Below are positions 54,284 through 64,000 of a DNA stretch of 64,000 nt, in pieces. The notes under the pieces were generated by a model that saw only the letters and a program-made list of their open reading frames with translations, searched no databases and was not told the DNA's origin. The DNA comes from Priapulus caudatus (lineage: Eukaryota): positions 212,932 to 276,931 of the forward strand of contig NW_014577083.1 in assembly GCF_000485595.1 (NCBI RefSeq). Direction: 5' to 3'. Position numbers and translations under genes: made by a program. The first letter of the stretch is position 1, and each line of letters opens with the position of its first letter.

Positions 54284-57200
54284 TCAGCCAGTGTTGCCTG
54301 TATTCTTCTTTAGCGCATCATTCCTGGAAAAACAACAACACGTATATTGTAAGCTGCTGCCATCTGTGAACAGTTGATATGAATCTTTAGTTTACATTAG
54401 GGGTTCTTAGCATGTGGTCTGTGGACCCCCTTGGGATACGTGGATGGGCTTCAGGGGGTCCGTGAACCCCATTGTATGCACACCTTTGTGTTCATGTGCT
54501 TATGTGCATTTTTCTAGGGAGGGGTCCGTAGCTTTCACCAGATTCTCAAAGGGGTCCATGACTCAAAAAAAGTTAAGAACCACTGGTTTACATACATAAT
54601 AACTTGAAACATGAATAATGTTATGCCGACATCAAATGCCAAATATCATCTCATTTCCGGACCTAGTACATTGGAGTCAAAAGACTCACGAAGGTTACAT
54701 TAATTACTTCAATCCTGATCTAAGAGCTTCTCCGTGTATTTCGAAGCTTGTTTAATATTAATTGATAGTGACAAAATAGTATCTAACTCGTCTTTCAGCT
54801 TGTCTAGCTGGTTTTTGACCTCCAGGAGCTCAGTTCTTAGAATAGTTATGACATGTTTGTCTACCGGCCCTGTAGTACCCTGTAATAACGAAGAAGACAT
54901 GAAATTAAATAACTGAGTGGCTACGCAAAAATCTCATACGCACCCTTACCTCGTGACACGTTTGTTATGACTAACGTTAGTTCAAGGTATACGGTAACTA
55001 TACTCAGTTTAATATAACAGCATTTGTATGGAAACTATGCGTGGATGTTACATTGTTACACATGCGTTACTTTGTCTAGTTTTAATAGGTAGCCCGCATT
55101 TTAAGATACAGCAATGCATGTATGCTGTGAAACAACGTAGGATTATATCAATTTAAGCGCATATAACGATGTCTTCGCACGTATTCTGTATGTATATCTC
55201 CAAAATTAGTGCGATGTTTGATGTAATTGCTAATTGCACTGTAATTTCACCATATAGCTGTTGCAATAAATATTGCAATCCATCTAGCACGTGTATATGT
55301 GTATGATTAGCGATACGTGTATTGTAACATTAGCAACTGCATAGCTTCGAAGACTAATGTTTCTCAAATTGTACATTTAAAGAACTGCGTGGAAATATGT
55401 GCTTTAGTATATGACTGATTATTAGCGTATATGCAAAGATCCATTTGTTTCACACACCGTTGTGCCCAGCTGTGACGACTGATGGTGTAAGCTAGTGGAT
55501 GTAGCCGCTGCGATTCTAGCTTCTCCCTGTCCCAGCAAAATCAACTGCAAATAAGAACCTAGACTCACACTCTCATTTGCAGTCAGTGCGTTTAACGTTG
55601 CTATGCATGACGCAGCAAGACTATTATTATTTTTTTTTTTTTAACTTGCAGTTATTACTGGGTTTGTCATTAGATTTCTTCTGCTAATTAAGGAGTATAC
55701 AACCGTTTTTTTAAAAATCTATAGCAACTGTACAGCTGCCCGTCCATATAGCTGTTATCTGACCATGTATACGTTGATCTATTGCAGAAAAATCATTAAC
55801 ATTGATTCCACGTCTGTGTCGCAAACAACGAATGCTTATTAACAAAGCAATTAGGAATTTATTGATAGAACAAAGTAACCTTTGTACGACCTAATGATTA
55901 TAATGCAGACGCTGAACAGTTCGCGCCAGACGACAGTTTTCACATAATCCTTTACCAGATACCACAAACATTCGTTTAACCACGTGATGACGCAACGGTG
56001 ACACTGAATCAAGATCACCTTTCGAAATATTTCGGCTCTACGTATATTTGGTCATCACTATGAGCAATGTTAGATCTATGCCTCCTTATGTGAACTCTGC
56101 CTCCGCAATAGAAAAAAAGCCATAACATAAATGAAAACATGCTATAATGATATCAGCACAAACAATCGCTGCGCTCCCGTCGTCGTTTCACATACTCACC
56201 CTAGGCACAAACACCAGCATCAGCGTGGTCGTCGTCGCGAGAATCAAAATGGCCGACGCGATGAGAAATCCAGCGTCGACCTGACCTTGTAAGATGATGC
56301 TGACCGGTATACCGATGACGCATAGGATGACCACCGTGTAGATGGACAGTCCGATGTACTTGGCGTCGTTAAGAGCTTCAACGGTCACCTTTCTATTGAA
56401 CAAAAGAACGTTAATTGCTGGTTGTGTTATACTGCGATCCTTGCCTCGATCTTACTACACGGTATATAGTGGCAATTTTCGAATTGCCCATTACAAAACA
56501 AAATGTATAGTATATATGTGCAGTTGTTGTGGTAGGGGTATAGTAGTATTAGTTGGTAGATAGCGACGACAACGTCATCCGCACAAAAAGTGTTTCCCAC
56601 CTCGCGTCAATATATGTACAGCTTACCCGTAACCGCTGTCATTTACAAATTAAATGTTTTAATGTAGAGGGGGCTTTGTTACGCTAACTTCATAACTCAT
56701 TATTTTATGTGGGCACAGATGTGAACGGTTACCAGTACCAAAATGACGTCAATACCGTATACGGTATGCAGCTAATGCCTAAATTAAGCATTTTATTGTT
56801 ATTTGTAAAATATTTTTAGCAGATATATCGCAAAATAATCTGATATTGTTTTTTGTTTGTTTTTACATCGCCACACAGAGTAACCACATGATAATGTACG
56901 TGTTATATCCATGATGTGCGTACACACGATTTGTGCCCGAATATTTTGTAAAAAACACGTTAATTTAAATACCGCTTGGAAGGATTTACACGAGAGTTTT
57001 AATAACCACGTCTTAGCCTAGTTTGAATTGTTTACTTGTATAGCACCTTGCAATAACAGTTTGGCGAGACATCTTCTTGGGTGAAAAGAAAACGTTGAAA
57101 TAGACACTACTACGGTGCATTCGGATGTCGAGTTTCATCAAATGTAAGCTTTTGAGAGCTGAGGTTCGTACACGTACCTGGATTCGAATGCAAGAACAGC

Positions 57201-58401
57201 GCCATAAAATAGCAAAATTCCTTTAATTCCATAGATGGCGCCTTGAAAATACATCTGGTTTGGACTTCTACATTCCGTTCGGCTGCTATAGATAACGGCG
57301 TCTTCTTCTAAAAGTTTCTGTTGAATAACAGCCAACAGGTTAAGGTAACCAGTGTTCAATGAGACGCAAGTGGATACTGATAATATACATTATGAACATT
57401 TCCGAATTTAGCATGGAATTTCCGAGCAAGCATACAAATGTATTAGCACTATAAATAACGTCTCAATGAAAAGGACATTCATCGTATATGTCATTTTAGT
57501 TTAGTCATATGACAAATCGACTTACTATTTTGGAAAATGACATTTTATCAAAAATGTTAGCTCATATGCGCACAATCCACATAAATTGTTTGTATCCGAT
57601 ATCATTTTCTTTCCCGTCCTTCTCTAGTAGTTTGTCTAATATTATCTGTATAGTGCAGTAGCAAGCAAAAGCTGAAAAATGAACCTCGTGGTTATGCGTT
57701 TCGCCAACGGAAATATAATGGCTGCGTACCATTCGTGCACCATTACCAAGACCATCTTCGCCTCTTTTAAGGTAACTCAGAACTGGTGAAGAGGAGAACG
57801 CTAGAATCTTTTCATATTAATGTGAAGATGCAATAGCGCTCTTTTGTCAGACTCTGATGCAAGTGATCATATATTTTATTTACCTATGTGTGCATTCCGG
57901 AATGTCCACAATACTTCAATAATTCCACATAATATTTCAATAGTTCCACAAACCATATCAAGGATAATTGACGTCATGTTTGGTGAGAATTGTATATTAT
58001 ATATTATATATACCAATATTATACCAATATTATACCAATATTTGGCCATGTTGCACACTATAAGAATTAAGGAATGTTCATGCTGAGTGCCGTATTAACA
58101 CCAATTTCTTACAATTACCACTTCCTCGAAATTTCACACGTAAATCTTTGATCACCACAATCAACGACTGACACCCGGAGCGGGCTTATTAAGTCAGCAC
58201 ACTATTAGTTTCCCCGCTATGTAGAAAGCAAACAGCTGTGATACTAATTGCGAAGGAATCCAACAGTGCTGCGACATACTCACACCCCACCACATACACA
58301 CACACACACACACACACAGCACACCACACACACACACACACACACACACCACCACACAACACACACACACACACACACACCCGCGCCTGCCGCGGCGCGC
58401 A

Positions 58402-58433
<32 letters not shown>

Positions 58434-58616
58434 CACGCACGCACGAACGCGACGCCACACCACACAGACACGCGACGCACACCACGCACACACGGCACCC
58501 ACGCATGCCACGCACGACACGCACATACACACACGCATACACACGCATACACACGCAACACGCACACGCACACGCACAGCCCACTGACGCACACGCACAA
58601 CGCGCGACGCGCACGC

Positions 58617-58698
<82 letters not shown>

Positions 58699-61600
58699 TA
58701 TGAAAACGAGAAAATGACACTTTATTCATGTTTACACGACATTTTGTCACAAAGATATAGCATTTTATTAGTGGATTATTGTTACTTAGCAATATCCTAC
58801 ATAATTTTTGATACTTCCATTGTGTTCCTCACATGTGAAAACCTATGTGCAGACACCAAAATCATCGCCCCAGCTTGATTCTATCAAAAGTTATTGCCGA
58901 TTTCCCATTTGGCCGATTAGGAACGGCGGCCATCTTGGATTTACGCAAATTGTTGCATTTTATCAACTTGTTTGTGGTTGGAATGGATTCAGCATGTACG
59001 AAAACATAGAAAATGACACTTTATTTCATGTTTGCACGACATTTTGTCACAAAGATATGTCACAAAGATATTCCGGAATCGGATGGTGGCCATCTTGGAT
59101 TTTGCTATTTGTGGGCCCCAGGGAAAAAATTGAGCTTGGCACGATATCTAAATTTGTTAATTATATATTAAGCAATGTCTGTACCAAATTTCGTGCTTTT
59201 ACCACAAAATGCACAATCCTTCTGATATTATACACATGGCTGCCGCACTATATAGCTGAATTTGCAATACGCTCGGTCTGCGTTGTATCGTTTCTCCCAA
59301 ATCGTTAGCGGAAAAACCATTCGCCAGTAATGGGAAATCAAAACGGGAAATTGATTCCTTGCAGGTGAAACTGAAGTGGACTCGCGTGCGCTAGTTGTAA
59401 CAGCTAGTGCAGTATAAACCCGTTCATACGAGGCGATAGATGAAGAAGAGAAAGACAGGTATACATACCTGCGGTGGATAGGACTTGGTTATAAGTTCCA
59501 TCGGATCTGTAGCAGTCCACACGGTCAGTATGATGAGATCACCCAGTAGCAAGATGCCAACTAATGCAAAGAGTTGTTTGTCTTTTATCACCTGCCACAC
59601 GTTAAGGATGAAGTTGAATTTTCTCCGGACGCTGCGCAAGTTCAGTAAACGTTATAGATGAATGTTTGAAGTCAGTGAGCCTTCAATTAAAACCATTACA
59701 TCTCGTAAACGCGTCACCTATAGTTGAGCGCAAGTAAAATAATCAATTTTAAAATCAATAATCAAAATAATCAATAATACAATTTTTAAAAACGTTTTGC
59801 GCTGATGTTTGTCCAATCTTCTTTGCGGCTCTCGTTTAGGCTACGCGTTTATCTCTAAGGAAAAACACTTCATAACCTATTAATGTCTCGTAATACGGGC
59901 CATATTTTGTGTTTTATTGTGCTGCTAATTTGTAATCATACTTACTGTATAAATTTCATATATAAATAATAAAATTACTGTATAAATAATTACTGTATAA
60001 ATAACATTCGAATATCGCATGTTCACCTATTATATAATAACAGGAATCAATACACAATAATTAAAAGTATTTCCTAAATAATATTTCTTAAACGTAAGGT
60101 TATCTTCACCTGCGTTCATGTTCTGTGCAGACGAATAATCAATACTGTCGCAATAGATGGCATTTAGAGAGCGTATGCAACTTATTAAATACTTAATAAC
60201 GTACTACTTTCTTATGGCTCCTATTAGAGAAGACTTTGTGTACTCTCCAGGTCTTGACGAATAGTCCGCCGAAAGCGAAAGTGAAACCAATCGTGATCAC
60301 CCATCCCGTCGCCTATACAAATAGAGGCAATCTTTATAATTAGGCAATTGGCATGGTCATGTTGATTATAATGCTTATAGTAAACACACTGAAATACTTG
60401 CAACATAATCATTCTATTGTTAAATGGTAACTTGATGTCATTTCCTGTCATAGCAGTATGATGCAGAGTCAGGTAATATCAAGTCAGAAACTGGGATAAG
60501 AAATTAGACCGGGTATGTTGACATAAACAAACATTTTAAATATAAATTTATATAAATTTACATGCATAAAAAGAAAAGATGAGATAGGAAATCATGAGAT
60601 CAGATACGATTTTATACTGGCGTCAGAACTCTATTGTGTTAAATACGTTATCTGGATTGTATGTATTCCATTTGAAAATAGCGAGTAACTATCCAGTACA
60701 CAAATATTTTGTGTACGCTCTGTTCATATGACGGCTTTTTTTTTATCAGGTTTGCGAAATTTATATAGAAGTCATATATGAGTAGAACTCTAGAAATAGG
60801 ACACTGACAACTAGGTGTATGTAAGAATGCGATTAGCATGTGCACACACGAACACACCACTACACGCACGGACACGCACACACGCACATGCATGCACAGT
60901 CATATACGAACGTGCGCGGGCACACACAAACACACACGCACGCACACGCCCGCGCGCGCACGTACGGGTACCGTACTGTTGTACTATAGGGCTCTATATA
61001 GTAGCAATACCGCTGGATAAATCGAAAAAAAAATCGGCGTAATGCATTTCTCTGGGGAAAATGCAGCCGTTGGCAATTAGGTGTTGGGAATATAATTCTG
61101 CGGCATAATAGATTTACGATTACGTCGATAAACATTAAGACGGCGACAAAAACGAAAAACTCGGTAATAATAGATGGTGCCGAAATAATTGAGAAGAGGC
61201 GAAATAAACCGATGCCTATACGCGAGCGAGAGCATGAATGCACAATTTACCGTAAAATCCAAAACTAATGGATTGCATGGTGTGCGGATGCTACGTGAGA
61301 CGGGGATTCGAACGCAGGTCGCATGCCAATTTAGACACCAGCGCGAAAAAAAATCAACAAGCGTTAATTTCGTGTTCCTGCGGTGTAGCCAGCCATTGTT
61401 GCCCACGTGCCATTTGCCACGCGCCATGTTGCCCACCTGCGCTGGTCAGAATTCAATTTTTCTCGAAAGTTCTTCTAATTATCGTCCTGCACACACGTTT
61501 AGTAGTATATATCGATGTCGAGATTAAGTTTATTATTACATTAAACGCGCATTGCGGCACCTGCACGATCGCTCATGTATGATCAACAAACAAAGGGGGC

Positions 61601-63721
61601 ACGCGGAGAAGCGTTTGTGTGTACGCACTCATTTTTACTCATCACCGTATAGCGTGTCTGATCGTATTACGGGCAAAATCGACGACAATATTCATAGGAT
61701 GACACCGAGAATGCCTTTTACACGCGTACGAGCTAATTCCGGCTGTGCATGGGATTAGAGATCCTGTATAGAATTTTTTTTTATAGCGATCAAATCAATG
61801 TTGCATTGCTTTTCTTTTTTTTTAAGTATTGCTAGTGCGTCTAGTCTTACTAGCGGACTGCGTGTTCCACGCCTGCGAAGACTTATACCCGGGAAGGTCG
61901 CGGCAGGTAATCATGGCAGGGTTGCATGAACCGCGGCGACCACCTGTAATCGGGGAGTGAATAATGACAACATTTGGACAAAACATTTAATGGATCGCGT
62001 AACCGCACGCGTTTTTTTTTCCGTCGAGATATCTCTCGTGCCGCCGCTGCTGCCTTTCTTTGGTCACAGATGTTTCGTTGTCTACGTGAACAATGTCAAC
62101 AGAGAGCGCTGCTAACGTCAATGTGCGCGTTTGTTCTTGCGGCATTCGTACCGACCTAGAAACCAGACCTACTGCGTTTCATCATTATATATATATAGTG
62201 ACTAATGTACATAGAATCTGTATAGGTCTGCGCGCATGGGCGAATAATGACGATTTGTCATTACAATATATTCACCCGTGGTCTGCGTCACCCCCGTGCG
62301 TGCCACCTACACATTGCTGTGGTTTGTTGCCAAAGTGTGCAGAAGTTAACCGTACATGTCACCATATGCGTTGAGGATGCATGTAACAGTAATGTCCCAC
62401 CCCTTCCTCTCTAAAGAAACATTCTGTCTAATTTATGTGGTAATATATAAGCCACTACAGTGCACGAATCTGCATTGTACACGTAAGATGGGTGCCCTAT
62501 AGACGTCTAGAAAGTAAGAAAAGTAATGCTGGCCTCATTGAAAAATTGTGCTATTCCGTCAAGCATGGTGTATGCTGACTGGCCCACCGTCGTTTGTATG
62601 TGAAACGGGATCCGTCTACTTTCTGGAAATGTGCATCGTTGAGCTGGCAAAAGTTTTGAGCGGATTCTGGACTCTGCGTGTGGTTATTTAGAATAAATAA
62701 AGTGTCTGTTGTGTAAGTGCCGAAATTCTCTAAGTTTTTAAAATTAATTTTCATGTCATATGCTTATTCATGCCTGCTGCCGATAGATGCCCTCTACTGT
62801 TGCAAAAATACCTTCATTATCCCCTAGCGTGAGACTTATAACGTGTCGTTGTTTGCGAAAAATGTGCGCGAAAACTGTTTAATTCCTTCTTCGTATGCAT
62901 TTACCGCCCTATACACGTGTGACCTAGACGCTAGAATGATTTTTCCCCGCGAGTTTGTTCGCTCTATGTAATACTAATTACTAATCACAAGCCCTGTCTC
63001 ATTGAGCTAATGAGCACTGATCGACCACATATATCATTCTTTGATATAGGAATAAATTTGCGTGACGTAACTCACTGCGAGCAGCTGTGTGTAGTATTTT
63101 TGGTGCAGCTGCTTACATAAATAAGTGGTTGTCTTGTGGAACTACCGCGGGGAAGTGCTTTGCCGATATGTTATTGAAATTACGGGCGCCGTTCATTCAG
63201 ACTACCCACTTAGTAAAATACTTAAACGCGTCATACGCCTATACTAAACGCGTATACTTATCCGTATACTTATATACTTATCTACGTATACTTATTGCGT
63301 ATATTAACGCGTCGCTTATACTTAAAATACTTAAATCACTTAAACGCGTACATTATGAATACTGTGACTCGCTATACGTACTCGCGAGCACGATGTCTTA
63401 GGGTTTAAAAGAACGTGGTGTGCTTACAGGCGAGCACGATGTCTTAGAGTTTAAAAGAAATTAGTGGGCTTACTCACGAGCACGATGTCTTAGGGCTTCA
63501 AAGAACTTAGTGTGCTTACTCACGAGCACGATGTCTTAGGGTTTAAAAGAACTTAGTCGACTTTACTCTAGTTTGTCTAGCTTACTCTAGAGACGACGAC
63601 GTAGGCAGCGTTGCTGATTCCGAAGCCCAGATCAATGCCGAGTAGTATGACGGACATGTAGCAAATTACAGCGCCGACCGTTATCAGGTTATTGATGTTC
63701 GGACTGCTTAGCTTGATTATT
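54284..63721 (-). CDS. GABA-B receptor-like class C GPCR, 7TM region and coiled-coil tail (5' part beyond the window)
   Basis: Exons: 63721-63586 ([13 protein letters not shown]...LLGID), 60312-60205 ([21 protein letters not shown]), 59591-59469 (IKDKQL...WTATDP), 57317-57178 (TECRS...[19 protein letters not shown]), 56392-56200 (ALNDAKYIG...LVFVPR), 55544-55458, 54879-54788, 54323-54284 (...LDKLKDENDALKK...*). The motifs are typical of the GABA-B/GPR156 7TM. The last three exons are less certain, and the subtype is not assignable. Confidence 0.9.
54398..54585. mobile_element. hAT (Charlie-like) MITE
   Basis: TAGGGGTTCTTA...TAAGAACCACTG with a perfect 8-bp TSD GTTTACAT. Confidence 0.88.
58290..58696. 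repeat. Compound (CA)n microsatellite
   Basis: Read directly. Confidence 0.95.
58697..59250. mobile_element. DNA-transposon fragment, possibly Academ-like
   Basis: Internal duplicated AGAAAATGACACTTTATT...CACAAAGATAT and GGCCATCTTGGATTT motifs; ends CACAAAATGCACAAT...GCCGCACTA. The partner end was not found. Confidence 0.45.
63378..63557. repeat. 46-bp minisatellite x4 next to a GPCR splice donor
   Basis: CGAGCACGATGTCTTAG recurs at 63385, 63431, 63477 and 63523. Confidence 0.95.
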
Positions 63722-64000
63722 CTGAAATTTACGAGCAGTTGTTGAACAGAGATCGAAGAAAGCTAGCATAAAGACTTGCATGTAAGCATCGTGCGGATGA
63801 TGGTATCATGTAGCGTACATGCATGCACGCATATATAAATACATTTATTTGTTTATTTATTTATTTATTTATTAGGTTGCACTGGTGTGGATTAAATATC
63901 GTGAATTATTCACCAGCTAGCAAGGCTACAGACGCGTGCAGTGCCGCACAGTGGCATCAATGTTAGCTGCTTACGTATGTCTCATCAAGAGCGTATTAAG

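Noticed and set aside
61290..61345. GTTCGA B-box words (also 42673-42683) as tRNA genes
   Set aside because: No cloverleaf; at most SINE remnants.

Overview
Intron-rich, repeat-rich metazoan genomic DNA, probably from a marine invertebrate. The taxon cannot be fixed from the sequence. There are six assembly gaps. Manual splicing of GT-AG exons with consistent phases gives six minus-strand genes: (1) Hedgehog acyltransferase HHAT/rasp, 9 coding exons at 12264-4046, 3' exons not visible; (2) a complete 7-exon, 383-aa creatine kinase at 25730-17754 with a TATA/CCAAT promoter; (3,4) two small 2-exon genes for putatively secreted, strongly diverged cystine-knot-like proteins at 39633-38615 and 41387-40180; (5) a clear Norrin (NDP) homologue, exons 48457-48313 and 46829-46599, with the intron at the human position but lacking the Cys95 equivalent; (6) the 7TM and C-tail of a GABA-B-like class C GPCR at 63721-54284, whose TM3 disulfide Cys is Ser. 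The most interesting element is the ~10-kb head-to-tail cluster of Norrin plus the two degenerate-knot secreted proteins, a candidate undescribed ligand module. The rest is MITEs (one nested), LINE remnants including an R4/Dong-type insertion in (TAA)n, and micro/minisatellites. Most ORF-track entries are repeat or gap artefacts.
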